64,000 bases of DNA from an uncultured delta proteobacterium (GTDB taxonomy: Bacteria > Desulfobacterota > Binatia > Binatales > Binataceae): NCBI GenBank assembly GCA_963842085.1, contig CAWJET010000001.1, positions 1,984,001-2,048,000 of the forward strand, in the 5' to 3' direction. Of this stretch, positions 18,488-28,684 are shown piece by piece. A program made the translations under genes and the position numbers. Each line of letters begins with the position of its first letter. Position 1 is the first letter of the stretch. The notes below the pieces were generated by a model. The model was not told the DNA's origin. It searched no databases and was given only the letters and a program-made list of their open reading frames with translations.

Positions 18488-19720
18488 ATGGCTACAGACC
18501 AACGCACCCGATTGTCCAGGCGAGCCACGATTAAGAACGTCGTCCGGCTGATTCCCGCCGTTGTTATTATCGCAGCGACGCTCAATACGGTGTCGTGCGG
18601 AAGCAATGGGCTTCTGACGTCGGTCAATAACAATTCCGCGTCCCCGACATCTACTCAGACACAGGGCACGGGAGCGCTCGCGTTCGTGACCAACTACAAC
18701 GATGCCAAGGTGTCGTCGTTCACGCGCAATCTCACGACTGGCGCGCTCAAGCTTACGGGGCAGGTGAAGGCAGGCGCAACCAATGGGCCGCGCGGCGTGA
18801 TCGCGTCGCCCAACGGCAACTTTCTCTACGTCGCGAATATCGGCGACGATAGTATCTACGAGTTCGCGATCAATTCGCACAACGGAAAGCTGACGCAGTT
18901 GGCGAAGGTGGCAAACGGGAGTGGGACTGGACCCGACGAACTTGCGATGAATTCCAACGGGACGCTGCTGTGGGTGACCAACGCGCACAAGGGAACGGTT
19001 GGATGGTACACAGTTAACGCCGCCACGGGATTGATCAACCTGAACTCGGGAGGCTCGATTGGCGGCTTCGGTACTCCTTTTGGTGTCGCGCTGCATCCAT
19101 CACTGGCGGAGTTGTACGTGTCGGATACGGCCGCCCCCGGGCTTATACAGCCGATGTCGTACAACACCAGCACCGGAGCGCTGGCGAAGAACTTTCCCGC
19201 GGTGACGAGTGCGTCTCCGCTGGCGATGAAGCCCGCTGCGATCGCGATCGACGCAGCGGGAGCAGCGCTGTTCATCGCGGACCAGGGAAACGGCGAGGCA
19301 TCGTCGTTTTCGATCGATGCCATGGGCGCTCTTACCCCGATCATTGCAGTCGCCAACAGCAGCGTTGGCGACGTGCCGGTGGGAGTCGGCATCGGGGTAA
19401 ACGCTGGCGCTGAGTACCTGTTCACCGCCAACCAGGGCGGTGGCTCGGTGTCGTCGTTTACCGTCACCAGCGTGACGAACGTCATCACGCCGCCGGTGAC
19501 CGTGCCGCAGCCGCCGGGAGCAGCCTACAACGGGCCGACCGGGTTGGTCGTCGATCCGCAGAACCTGTTCGTTTACACTGCGGACAATTTCGACGGCACC
19601 GTCTCGCAGTCAAGTATCAAAGGCTCGTGCGGGATTCAGCTGTGCGAGGTTGGTCTGGTATCGACCGAGAGTCCGCATAATGCCAACAGCGGTCCGTTCG
19701 GGATCACGCTCGCGCAGTGA
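18488..19720 (+). CDS. Secreted/lipoprotein lactonase-family beta-propeller
   Basis: Signal peptide with SCG; repeated P.G...SP.G.FLYVAN blades. Confidence 0.8.
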   Translation: MATDQRTRLSRRATIKNVVRLIPAVVIIAATLNTVSCGSNGLLTSVNNNSASPTSTQTQGTGALAFVTNYNDAKVSSFTRNLTTGALKLTGQVKAGATNGPRGVIASPNGNFLYVANIGDDSIYEFAINSHNGKLTQLAKVANGSGTGPDELAMNSNGTLLWVTNAHKGTVGWYTVNAATGLINLNSGGSIGGFGTPFGVALHPSLAELYVSDTAAPGLIQPMSYNTSTGALAKNFPAVTSASPLAMKPAAIAIDAAGAALFIADQGNGEASSFSIDAMGALTPIIAVANSSVGDVPVGVGIGVNAGAEYLFTANQGGGSVSSFTVTSVTNVITPPVTVPQPPGAAYNGPTGLVVDPQNLFVYTADNFDGTVSQSSIKGSCGIQLCEVGLVSTESPHNANSGPFGITLAQ

Positions 19721-19722
19721 CC

Positions 19723-20523
19723 TCACATGCTGAGGCAGGCTTCGGCGGCGAGTGCGAACAAGCGCTCGCGGATTTGATGACGCGTCCAGTTGCGATGGTC
19801 CCAGTCGTTGCCGCCTAGATCGTCGCCACCATAGAGAATCTGCCCGAACTGGACGCGGCGGAACTGCGCGACGGCGAAAAACGCCGCCGCTTCCATCTCG
19901 ACCGTGAGGCATCCTTCGCGCTTGCGCGCGCGCATCCGGGCGCGCGTCTCGCGAAGGATCCCGTCGGTGGTCCAGGTCTTCGCGACAATGTAATCCAACC
20001 CGTTTCGCCGCAGTGTTTTTTCGATCGCTGCCAGGGCGCGCGGATGCGGCGCGACTTCGCGCGACGGCGGCAGGTAATGGTACGAGGTGCCCTCGTCGCG
20101 AACGGCGGAGTTGGGCACAATGATGTGGCCGACGGCGATCTTCGAATCGAGCACGCCCGCGCCGCCGCATGCGATGAACTTGCGCGAGCCGAGCGCGATC
20201 ATCAGTTCGAGCATCGCCGCCGAGATCGGAGCGCCGACGCGCGGATGAAGCACGGCGAGCCGGCGGCCGTTGAAATCGAGCTCGTAAACCGGATGCCTGC
20301 CGGTCTCCCAATTCGCGATGTGAATTTCCCGGGCGCCGTTGCGCACCAGCTCGTCGATCACGTCCTGGAAGAAGCAGAGCACGCAATGCTTTGGCACGTC
20401 GATGGATTTGTAGACGCGGCGCGGCTCGATGATGGCGGTCGGGGAGGGATCGTGCTCGAGGATGGGAAAGGGGTGAGTGGGAAGCCGCTTCAGGGTGCGC
20501 GATTTGCGGCGTCGGGATTTCAT
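19723..20523 (-). CDS. Nucleoside phosphorylase (PNP/UDP family)
   Basis: RDEGTSYHY, WTTDG..RET, VEMEAA. Confidence 0.9.
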   Translation of the reverse strand: MKSRRRKSRTLKRLPTHPFPILEHDPSPTAIIEPRRVYKSIDVPKHCVLCFFQDVIDELVRNGAREIHIANWETGRHPVYELDFNGRRLAVLHPRVGAPISAAMLELMIALGSRKFIACGGAGVLDSKIAVGHIIVPNSAVRDEGTSYHYLPPSREVAPHPRALAAIEKTLRRNGLDYIVAKTWTTDGILRETRARMRARKREGCLTVEMEAAAFFAVAQFRRVQFGQILYGGDDLGGNDWDHRNWTRHQIRERLFALAAEACLSM

Positions 20524-20539
20524 GGGGAGAGAGCTTAGT

Positions 20540-20600
20540 AAAACCCGCTGTGGGTTTCACACTTCCTTGAGCAGGTAATGCCACCCCAGGCCCCTGCCCC
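20540..20600. repeat. Degenerate partial family A repeat
   Basis: AAACCCGCTGTGGGTTTCACACTTCCTTGAGCAGG matches the left arm of the 16692 copy. Confidence 0.6.
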
Positions 20601-20604
20601 CTGG

Positions 20605-21054
20605 CTACTGCGTGATGACCATCGCCGCTGTGCGGGTGAGCGGGATGGTGACCGAGGAGACTAAGCTGGTCAGCGGCGGGTAGTTGTAGCTGACGACCAC
20701 GGTAACCACGCTCCCGGGCTTATTGTTCGGTGACCAGGTCGTGGCGACGGTCAGCGATTTGGTGTTGAGCACACCGACGACGAGAACGTTCACGTAATTC
20801 TGGACATCGGTCGACGACACAACGGTCGGCGCGGTCGAGCCATGGACTGTCGCATAGCGAACGGCCTGCTGGGCGCTGTAACAGACGAAGTCGTAGCAAT
20901 AGAGCGCCAGCGCGAAGTTGATGATGCCGAAAAACAGGGCCAGGCACGGCGTGAGCACCAGCGCGAACTCGGCCATCCCCTGTCCGCGATGCGAACCTCG
21001 GATGGCCGCGCGCCATTGTCGGCGCGATGGCTTGGCGATGCCCGTCGCTTCCAT
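20605..21054 (-). CDS. TadE-like pseudopilin
   Basis: RGQGMAEFALV prepilin motif followed by a TM helix. Confidence 0.88.
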   Translation of the reverse strand: MEATGIAKPSRRQWRAAIRGSHRGQGMAEFALVLTPCLALFFGIINFALALYCYDFVCYSAQQAVRYATVHGSTAPTVVSSTDVQNYVNVLVVGVLNTKSLTVATTWSPNNKPGSVVTVVVSYNYPPLTSLVSSVTIPLTRTAAMVITQ

Positions 21055-21058
21055 TTGG

Positions 21059-21526
21059 CTATTGGACGACCCGCATAACGGCTTCGCCGGGCACCGTCAT
21101 CGACGGCAGGGCGCCCATGAAATTGATCAGCGGCGTGTATGGCGCGCTGGTGTTGACCTGCGCGTATAACAAGCGATGGCTGCCGGCGCAGTCGGTGGCC
21201 AGACAGGTCGAGGCGCTCCCGTCGGAGCACTTGCAGAAGTGAGTCGCGGTAACGGTCATCCGGGCAATATTCGGAGCGTCGTTGGTAGCCGCCTGAATCA
21301 TCCCGGCATTGTCGGCCGCGGTCGACAGATTCTGCGCACCGTACTGAACGCCGGCGCGCGCCGCGTTGGCGACCGAAATCGCGATATAGAACGCGCGGCC
21401 CGTTTCCACCACCACCAGGAACATCATCAGCAGCATCGGCAAACTAAGCGCGAGCTCCACCGAGGCCTGGCCAGGAGCGCGGCCGCCGCGCGATCGTATC
21501 CACCTCGATGTGCGCATCGCACTCAT
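21059..21526 (-). CDS. TadE/TadF-like pseudopilin
   Basis: GQASVELAL, NAARAGVQYG. Confidence 0.88.
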   Translation of the reverse strand: MSAMRTSRWIRSRGGRAPGQASVELALSLPMLLMMFLVVVETGRAFYIAISVANAARAGVQYGAQNLSTAADNAGMIQAATNDAPNIARMTVTATHFCKCSDGSASTCLATDCAGSHRLLYAQVNTSAPYTPLINFMGALPSMTVPGEAVMRVVQ

Positions 21527-22812
21527 TCCGCCAGGATCGTTGATTTTATTGGCGAGCCGTTTGGCAGCGACGAATAGTTGCTGCCGACCGACGAGTTGCC
21601 GCAGACCACCAACTCGTCTGCCACCACGATGCTGTAGCCGTTGGCGCTGCTGTTGCCGTTGAAGGTAAGGGAAGTCGTCGGGAAGTAGAGCGCGCCGTCG
21701 AAGGTCGAGCTCGAATTCCCGCTTATCGTGCTGCCTGCGGCAGTGCTCGGGATCGAGCGATCCTGAAAAAACAGGATGCCCGCCAGCGGACCCGAGGTCG
21801 GCGCACTGAAATTAGCCTGCGAGTTGCCGTTCAGCGTAATTGCCCCATAACCACCCAGCCCGGTCGTATTGTAGAAGGTTATCCCGGTGCCGGTCATCAC
21901 CGCGTTGGCGTTTATGTTCATTCCGCCGCCGGCGAGCACGTAGGTTCCCGTGTTGAAATTCAGCCAGGCATTGCCGCGGACCGAGATACCGCCGCAATAA
22001 GTGCCGGCGTAGAGCTGGTAAGGACTGCCGCTGCTCCCGGTGTTTCCGTTCAAGGAAAAATTGGTGTGAGCGCATGAGCCGACAGCAGGCGCCTGCACGT
22101 AGGCCAGCGGATCGGTCGCTGCGATCACCCCGGTCTTGGGCGTAGGCGTGAGCGTGACGTTGCCGGTTTCGCTATAGTTGCCGACGACTCCGATCATCGG
22201 CGCGCTGATCGTCACGTTGCCTTTGGCGGTTAGACCGCTCGAGGAGCTCGAGTCGACCATCAGGCCGCAGCTACTCTGGACGTTGACGTTGCCGTTGGTG
22301 GACAGCGCGCCCGAGGCCGACGGATCCAGTACGTAGATGCAGTTCGGCCCATTGCCCTCGTATGCAACCGCGCGCGCCGACACCGTCATCGAGCTGACTC
22401 CGAGCACGCGCAGGAAATAAGTAGGCTCGGGCTTGGTGACGATTGCCTCGACGTACGCCGAGTTCGACGCATTCGGGCCCGTACTCGGAGGATTATTGAT
22501 AGCAACGGTGACGCCGCTTTGGCCGTCGGTGTATCCGCTGGTTGCCGCGTCCGCTTTGCCCGCAGTAATCAGGTCGCCGTAGTTCAGTTCCGCGGCGCCG
22601 GCCATCGCCGCGCTATCGGCCGCCGTCTGCATCATGTTCCTTTGGTGTTGCATGAAGCTGAAATCGGCGACGACGGCAATCATGCCCATGAGCGCGATCA
22701 GCGCGACGCAGATCAACACCATGACCTGACCGCTCGCGCTCGCCGCCACGCCAATCAGGTTGTTTGTGGCCGGTCGTCCTGCCGTGCGCCGCGCCGCTGG
22801 ATTGCTCGTCAT
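21523..22812 (-). CDS. TadG-like Flp pilus assembly protein
   Basis: SGQVMVL TM, QTAADSAAMAGA, Gly/Asn-rich beta C-terminus. Confidence 0.82.
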   Translation of the reverse strand: MTSNPAARRTAGRPATNNLIGVAASASGQVMVLICVALIALMGMIAVVADFSFMQHQRNMMQTAADSAAMAGAAELNYGDLITAGKADAATSGYTDGQSGVTVAINNPPSTGPNASNSAYVEAIVTKPEPTYFLRVLGVSSMTVSARAVAYEGNGPNCIYVLDPSASGALSTNGNVNVQSSCGLMVDSSSSSGLTAKGNVTISAPMIGVVGNYSETGNVTLTPTPKTGVIAATDPLAYVQAPAVGSCAHTNFSLNGNTGSSGSPYQLYAGTYCGGISVRGNAWLNFNTGTYVLAGGGMNINANAVMTGTGITFYNTTGLGGYGAITLNGNSQANFSAPTSGPLAGILFFQDRSIPSTAAGSTISGNSSSTFDGALYFPTTSLTFNGNSSANGYSIVVADELVVCGNSSVGSNYSSLPNGSPIKSTILAE

Positions 22813-23061
22813 AATCGGTACACTCCAAGCGTATAAAGCACCGCCCGTGCCATCCGATTAGTCCTCGGATCGCCACGGCATACGCCGAAATATGTCCTAA
22901 GCTGATTTGCTGTGTGTCCGGTTTTGACGCTGCGGGAGAGACCGCGCCCCGCTCAGCCGACAGGCGACCGGGGGATAAATCCTATTGACGATTCATCCCC
23001 GCTTGCCCTAATGTCCGAGAACAGACAAAAACGCGGCTCCACGCCGCTCGGAGGCTAGTGT

Positions 23062-24378
23062 ATGCGAAGGCAGCAGACTTTGTCATCCCGGATTTCGGCG
23101 ACCGTGGTGGCTTTGGCGTTGTTTGCAATCGGCGCGCTCAGCTCTTCAGGGTACGCCCAAGTCAAGCCGGGTGATTTCATCACGCCGGATAATGCAACCA
23201 AGGTTAGAGATCTCGTATCACCCGGCGTGTACTACAAGGTCGAGCGCGGCATGACGATGAAGATCGTGCCTGCACAGCGCGTCGATTGGCCGCCTCCATA
23301 TAAGGATGCGACCGAAAAATATTCTTCACAGGTCCGGCTTTCGCGGGACAAGCGCTCGATCGTCGGTTTCGTCGCCGGTCAGCCATTTCCGCTGATCGAC
23401 GCCAACGACCCCGATGTGGCCGTCAAGGTTATCTGGAACAACGTCTTCCGCCCAATCACTTCGGACGACTACGATCTCCGATACTATGACTGCGATTCCG
23501 AGTACCAGAAAAGGGGCCCGCAGACCGGGCAGATCGAGTATTTCCAAATCGGCCATTACGCCGGTTACGACCTGGTCGGCCGGACCGAAGTAGAGCCTCT
23601 TCCCACCGATCCGGATTTCAAAGTCACCGGCCGTTACTGGCTGTTCGGCCTCTACCCGATCCTGGCGCCGCAGGAAATTCGAGGAACCGGATTCATCCGA
23701 TATCGCTACGCCGATCCAAAACGGGGCGACGACATCTGGAGTCTTGACGCCGGCTCGCGCCGCCTCCGCCGCGTCAACGAGTCCATCATGAGTTCCTCAA
23801 CCACCGCGGGCGGAACCTCGGCTCATGCGTGGGACCCCGATCATTACTCCGGCTTCAATCCCAAGACCGAAGAGTACACCTACAAATTCCTTGGCGAGAA
23901 GAACATGCTCGCGACGATCCACGCCGAGCATTCGCCCGAACAGCGATGCCCCACCGACGGCGGCGCCAGCGCATGCCCCGAGGCATGGGAGATGCGCCAT
24001 ATGTACATAGTCCAGGCGTTGCCCGATCGCTCGCGCGTCAACGCGCTGGATTCGCGCACCGTCATTTTCATGGACAGTGAGATGTGGTTCGAGCCCTACA
24101 TCGACACTTACGACCGCGCCGGCCATCTCTTCCGCTCCCACATCTATTGGCTGGCGACTCGCGATCGTCCGGTGCCCGACGCCAAGGTCGCAATCTATCC
24201 GTTCAAGCGCTCGTTCGTCGTAGGCGCGGTCTCGACCGACGTGCAGTCCGGCCTCGCGACTATGTGCTATCTGCCGGGGCTGGAAACGCCGGAACGCGAA
24301 TGCTGGTATATCAACATGGGTGCGGTTGATCGCGCCTTCTTCACCACTCAAGCGATGTTCCGCGCGGCCTCGTTCTAG
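23062..24378 (+). CDS. DUF1329-family periplasmic protein
   Basis: Signal peptide, VKPGDFIT, GQPFP..D.NDP..A.K..WN, RRLRR. Confidence 0.8.
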   Translation: MRRQQTLSSRISATVVALALFAIGALSSSGYAQVKPGDFITPDNATKVRDLVSPGVYYKVERGMTMKIVPAQRVDWPPPYKDATEKYSSQVRLSRDKRSIVGFVAGQPFPLIDANDPDVAVKVIWNNVFRPITSDDYDLRYYDCDSEYQKRGPQTGQIEYFQIGHYAGYDLVGRTEVEPLPTDPDFKVTGRYWLFGLYPILAPQEIRGTGFIRYRYADPKRGDDIWSLDAGSRRLRRVNESIMSSSTTAGGTSAHAWDPDHYSGFNPKTEEYTYKFLGEKNMLATIHAEHSPEQRCPTDGGASACPEAWEMRHMYIVQALPDRSRVNALDSRTVIFMDSEMWFEPYIDTYDRAGHLFRSHIYWLATRDRPVPDAKVAIYPFKRSFVVGAVSTDVQSGLATMCYLPGLETPERECWYINMGAVDRAFFTTQAMFRAASF

Positions 24379-24412
24379 GCCACTCGCATCAAGCGACAAC
24401 TGTCCGTGATGA

Positions 24413-24451
24413 AACGGGCGCGGTCATAGGTACCGCGCCCGTTCCTTTTTT
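24413..24451 (+). terminator. Intrinsic terminator
   Basis: AACGGGCGCGGT...ACCGCGCCCGTT followed by a T-tract, between convergent genes. Confidence 0.8.
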
Positions 24452-24485
24452 CCGTAACCCTGAGCCCAGCGCCCCGCGTCTCCCA

Positions 24486-25478
24486 CTACACGATCCGCTT
24501 CTGGCCGTGCTTGAATCCGCCCTGCTCGCCGATCGCTTCGTTGCCGCGCTCGGGCTCGGCCCGCTCCCGCTCGGGTTGAGGGTCGCGCTCAGGCTCGCGA
24601 CGTCGTCCGCGGCCCGGTCCCTCTCCGCGCGGCTGGGGACGGCCGCCCGCAGTCGGCACTATCTCGATCGACCGCATCAATCCTTCACCCGCCGAGCGCG
24701 TGGTGAGCATGGGATCTTCCCTGAGCGCCAGATGCACCACGCGGCGGTCGCGCGGCGGCATTGGATCCAGCCGCACGGGCTTGTGCTCGCGCTTGGCCTT
24801 CTCGCCCATCGACAGCGCCATCCGATGCAATTGCTGGCGGCGCCGCGCGCGATACGCTTCGGTCTCGAGCGAAATCGGCGCCGCATCTTTGATTCGGCGC
24901 GCGAGGATCCGATTCACGAGGTACTCGAGCGCGTCGAGGGTCTGGCCATGCCGCCCGATGAGGATTCCCGAGCCGTCGCCCTTTATTTCGAGCTCGACGG
25001 TCTCCGCGTCCAGCTCGATCTGGCGCACGTCCCCGCGCTCGCCCATCCGCTCGAGGATCTCTTTGAGGATCATCGTCGCTTCACGGCGCTGCTCTTCGAC
25101 GTCCGCGCTCTTGCGCCCCGCTGCGCCGGCGTCATCATCACCGGCTGCGCGATTCCTGCCGCGCGCGCTCGGGTCATTGCGGTCTCGCGCTTGATTCTCG
25201 CGCCCGCCAGGCCGCCCGCGGGGTGCGCCTTCCTTGCGCGCAGGCGGAGCCTGGGGGTTCGAGCCCGCATGCTCGCCGGCGCCACCGACCGCATCCGCGC
25301 TCTTGCGCGTCACCCGCACCCGCGCATTGCGTGCGCCGAGTCCGAGCACGCCCGCGCGCGGCGTTGCCAGCACTTCGATCGTGACCTCGTCCTCGCGCGC
25401 GCCGAGCTGTTCGAGGGCTTCCCTGGTCGCCTCTTCCACCGAGGCGGCCGCCAGTTCTATCGAGTCGTTATTACTCAT
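24486..25478 (-). CDS. jag: RNA-binding protein Jag/KhpB (Jag_N, KH, R3H)
   Basis: SVEEA...GVLGLG, LIGRHGQTLDALE, RRVVH; ATG overlaps the yidC stop. Confidence 0.93.
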   Translation of the reverse strand: MSNNDSIELAAASVEEATREALEQLGAREDEVTIEVLATPRAGVLGLGARNARVRVTRKSADAVGGAGEHAGSNPQAPPARKEGAPRGRPGGRENQARDRNDPSARGRNRAAGDDDAGAAGRKSADVEEQRREATMILKEILERMGERGDVRQIELDAETVELEIKGDGSGILIGRHGQTLDALEYLVNRILARRIKDAAPISLETEAYRARRRQQLHRMALSMGEKAKREHKPVRLDPMPPRDRRVVHLALREDPMLTTRSAGEGLMRSIEIVPTAGGRPQPRGEGPGRGRRREPERDPQPERERAEPERGNEAIGEQGGFKHGQKRIV

Positions 25479-27214
25479 GTAGCCGGGGTGTATTGTTGGA
25501 ATTCGCGGTTGAGAAAATATTGCTGGACTACGCCCAGCAGGTTCGACGAAAAATAGTACAAAGCCAATCCCGCCGGAAAGTTTATCAGCATGATCGTGAA
25601 AATCAGCGGCGTCAGCATCATCATCCGCTGCTGATTCGGATCGGGCGTGGTCGGCGTCATGTATTGCTGGATAAAACTGGTCAGGCCCATCAACAGCACC
25701 AGCACCGGCAGACCGTGGCAATGCATCAGCGGCAGTTGCGGCAACCCCGGTATATGCAAACAGTCTGGCGTTGACAAATCATTGATCCATCCGATAAACG
25801 GCGCGTGGCGCAACTCGATCGAGTTCAGCAGCGCCTCGTACAAGCCCAGGAAAATCGGCAACTGCAGGGCCATCGGCGCGCATCCGCCCAGCGGGTTGAC
25901 GTGATTGCGCTTGTAGAGGTCCACCATCTCCTTCTGCAACTGCTCGTTCTGGTCCTTGTATTTCTCGCGCAAGCGCTCGATCTGCGGCTGCAGCCGCTGC
26001 ATCTTCATCATCGAGCGCTGGCTTCTGATCGATATCGGCAGGAACGCAATCCGGATCGACACCGTCAGCAGGATGATATCGATGCCGTAGTTGGGCGCGA
26101 TGTAGTGAAACAACTTCAGCGCGCGCAGAAAAATCAGCGCCAGTATCCCGGCCCAGCCGAAATCGATCGCCTTGTGCAGCGCCGGATTTACCGCGTCCAG
26201 CGCCTCGAGCAGCTTCGGCCCCATGTAGATTTCACTGTGGATTCGCGTCGTGCCGTCGAACAGCAGACGCGCGATCGCCTCGTCACCCGCGTACGCCATC
26301 GCGAGCAGGCCGGTCGTCGGCGCCTGGGGCAGAAATACCGCCAGAAAATACCGATCGCCGAAGCCCGCGTACGTGATCGTTCCCGCGACCGGCGGCACTC
26401 CGGTCTTCAGCTTCTTTTCGTTCTCGGTGAGCACCTTGTCGGCGACATCGGCCTGCAGCTCGGGGATATCGTAGTATCCCTGATGCGCCGTCAGCGGCTG
26501 GCTCATCGAGACGCCCAGTTGTCCCGGCGCCGGCCCGCCGGTTACCGCCACGTCCATCGAAAACACATAGCTGGACGGCTTGAATGTGAAGGTCTTGGTG
26601 ATAGTGGTGCCGTCCGCGGTCCTGCCGACGAAGACCGCCGTCGCGTCCGCCCCGGCAGACGCGTTGACTTGCGCGGGCGCGGTCGTCTGGTAGTCGAGAT
26701 CGCGGTCGTCGAGAACCTGGCCCTCGCGCGTTATCACCGCGCCGAGCGGCAGATGGCCTCCCGGCGGTACCTGCACCATCTCGTAGGGCGGGCTGTCTTT
26801 GGCCGCGGTCTGCCGGTAACGCTTCAGAACAAAGCTCTTGAGCCGCGCGCCGTGAGTCGTGAACACGGCGGTGTAAAAATCGGAATCCACTTCGACCGTC
26901 TTTTCCGGCTCCGGCGTCCCCGCCGGCGTCATCGCAGCCGATTGCTGCCCCGCGGCCGCCGTCGCGGCGGTGCCGACGCTCACGACCGCACCGGGCGCGG
27001 CTGCCGTGCTCGCGGCGCCGGCGGGCAATCCCGTCGGCTGCCCGTTGCCAAGCGCCTGGCCCTGCGCAGCCTTGGCCGCCTTCGCCTGCTCGGCGGCCTG
27101 CTGCTGCTGTTGTTCAGTGGGTGGCGGAAAGAATCGCTTCAGCACCAGTTCCTGGTAGGCGACCACCAGTATGATGGACAGAATGACCGCGATTAGAACT
27201 CGACTGGAATCCAA
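25475..27214 (-). CDS. yidC: Membrane protein insertase YidC
   Basis: IDFGW, NYGIDIILLT, VNPLGGC, FPAGLALY. Confidence 0.97.
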   Translation of the reverse strand: MDSSRVLIAVILSIILVVAYQELVLKRFFPPPTEQQQQQAAEQAKAAKAAQGQALGNGQPTGLPAGAASTAAAPGAVVSVGTAATAAAGQQSAAMTPAGTPEPEKTVEVDSDFYTAVFTTHGARLKSFVLKRYRQTAAKDSPPYEMVQVPPGGHLPLGAVITREGQVLDDRDLDYQTTAPAQVNASAGADATAVFVGRTADGTTITKTFTFKPSSYVFSMDVAVTGGPAPGQLGVSMSQPLTAHQGYYDIPELQADVADKVLTENEKKLKTGVPPVAGTITYAGFGDRYFLAVFLPQAPTTGLLAMAYAGDEAIARLLFDGTTRIHSEIYMGPKLLEALDAVNPALHKAIDFGWAGILALIFLRALKLFHYIAPNYGIDIILLTVSIRIAFLPISIRSQRSMMKMQRLQPQIERLREKYKDQNEQLQKEMVDLYKRNHVNPLGGCAPMALQLPIFLGLYEALLNSIELRHAPFIGWINDLSTPDCLHIPGLPQLPLMHCHGLPVLVLLMGLTSFIQQYMTPTTPDPNQQRMMMLTPLIFTIMLINFPAGLALYYFSSNLLGVVQQYFLNREFQQYTPAT

Positions 27215-27215
27215 C

Positions 27216-27581
27216 TTAGTTCCTTGTTTCCTGTGTCTGCGCTGATGCCGAGGGCGCGGATGAGGGTGCGATTCCAGCTGAGGTCTCCGCTAGGTATGCG
27301 TCGGCTTCGGAAGAGGCCGCGCGCACGGGATCGTACCCATGGCCACCCATCGGATTGCATCGCGCGAGTCGCCAAATCGCCATGACGCCGCCGCGAATAA
27401 TCCCGTATTCGGCAATCGCGTCTTGCGCATACGCCGAGCAACTCGGCTCGAAGCGGCATGCCGGCCCGTTCATCGCATGGAGCAACGGCGAGACGGCCGC
27501 GCGATAAATCGCAACCGCGCCGAGCGCGACGAATCGCGGCGTCGCCTTGAATCGATCTAATGTGCCTGCCACCGCCATCAT
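27216..27581 (-). CDS. yidD: Membrane protein insertion efficiency factor
   Basis: CRFEPSCSAY...RCNP..GHGYDP. Confidence 0.95.
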   Translation of the reverse strand: MMAVAGTLDRFKATPRFVALGAVAIYRAAVSPLLHAMNGPACRFEPSCSAYAQDAIAEYGIIRGGVMAIWRLARCNPMGGHGYDPVRAASSEADAYLAETSAGIAPSSAPSASAQTQETRN

Positions 27582-27952
27582 TTGCGCCCGGCGATTCGAC
27601 CGCTCAGATTGCGCGCAGCCATCGTGAGTTCATCGCTGATCGCCGCCGATTCGAGCGCAGCCGCGCCGCCGCGCGCAATCACGACGATCGAGGTCCCGGC
27701 GGGAAGCTCATCGCGAATAACCCGCCTGAAAATCTCGCGGACGCGACGCTTGACCCGGTTTCGCGTCACCGCGTTGCCGATCCTGCGCGAGACCGTAACA
27801 CCCAGCCGTGAGCGCGCCGGCTCGCCGCCGAGCTTGCCCGCGTAGAGCACGAAGTGGGGGCTCTGAAATCGCACGCCGTCGCGCTGGAGGCGCAAAAATT
27901 CCGCGCTTCGATGCAGCCGGTCCGCCGCCGCGAAGCTCAATTGCGCGCGCAC
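27578..27952 (-). CDS. rnpA: Ribonuclease P protein component
   Basis: RLGVTVSRRIGNAVTRNRVKRRVRE (RNR motif). Confidence 0.96.
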   Translation of the reverse strand: MRAQLSFAAADRLHRSAEFLRLQRDGVRFQSPHFVLYAGKLGGEPARSRLGVTVSRRIGNAVTRNRVKRRVREIFRRVIRDELPAGTSIVVIARGGAAALESAAISDELTMAARNLSGRIAGRK

Positions 27953-27958
27953 TGGAGG

Positions 27959-28117
27959 TTAGCCCGGCTGCTTGGGCGGTATCGAGATTGCGAGGCGCAC
28001 GCGGCCCTTGGCGCGGCGGCGCTTGAGCACCTTGCGTCCGCCCGGCGTGGCCATCCGCGCCAGGAATCCATGAGTTCGTTTGCGTCGGCGGTTGTGAGGT
28101 TGGTAGGTCCTTTTCAT
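27959..28117 (-). CDS. rpmH: 50S ribosomal protein L34 (52 aa, not in ORF track)
   Basis: [52 protein letters not shown]. Confidence 0.97.
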   Translation of the reverse strand: MKRTYQPHNRRRKRTHGFLARMATPGGRKVLKRRRAKGRVRLAISIPPKQPG

Positions 28118-28399
28118 TGCTCGCAGCCAGCTTCACTCGGGGTTTGTATTCAGACCGATGGGGTCTGTTGCAGGTCGGGTGTCTTTCGTTCCGGCTTGAT
28201 CTCTTTCGGGTGGATTGATGTCTCGAACGACCCCGAACACGCAATCGAACCATACCACGCGCCTTTGAGCAAGCGGCAGGGTTCGCCGGTACTGGCGTCA
28301 TTCGGCCAAAAGACGCCACTGGGGCTGAAATGACGCCATCCATGTCGGACTCGCGAACGCTTCAATTTCGATGCTATTACTCCGACAATCGGAGAAGCG

Positions 28400-28684
28400 A
28401 TGCCGCCAGATCAACCAGAGAAACCGCCGCCGCCGTTTCCACCAAAAAAACTGGATTTGGAGCGGGCCGAACAGAAATTTGCGGAATTTTGGAAGGGTCC
28501 TGTTGTTTGTCCGATCTGCAAAACTTGGGAATGGCACTTCGGTCAGGACATTATTCATCTTTTGAATATCAACGTCCTGAGCGAAGCGACGCCCGGTGTA
28601 TATCCTTGTGTCGTTGTGATCTGCAACACCTGCGGATACACGATGCTCTTCAATGCCAAAAAGCTAGGCCTGGACAATGGCTGA
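28400..28684 (+). CDS. Small zinc-ribbon-like hypothetical protein
   Basis: GGAG RBS; CPIC...CNTCGY. Confidence 0.7.
   Translation: MPPDQPEKPPPPFPPKKLDLERAEQKFAEFWKGPVVCPICKTWEWHFGQDIIHLLNINVLSEATPGVYPCVVVICNTCGYTMLFNAKKLGLDNG

Noticed and set aside
22813-23061. c-di-GMP riboswitch upstream of the tad genes
   Set aside because: No GEMM consensus found on either strand
28118-28400. oriC or 6S RNA upstream of rpmH
   Set aside because: No DnaA boxes or dnaA seen; the leader is too short and lacks the 6S rod-and-bubble fold
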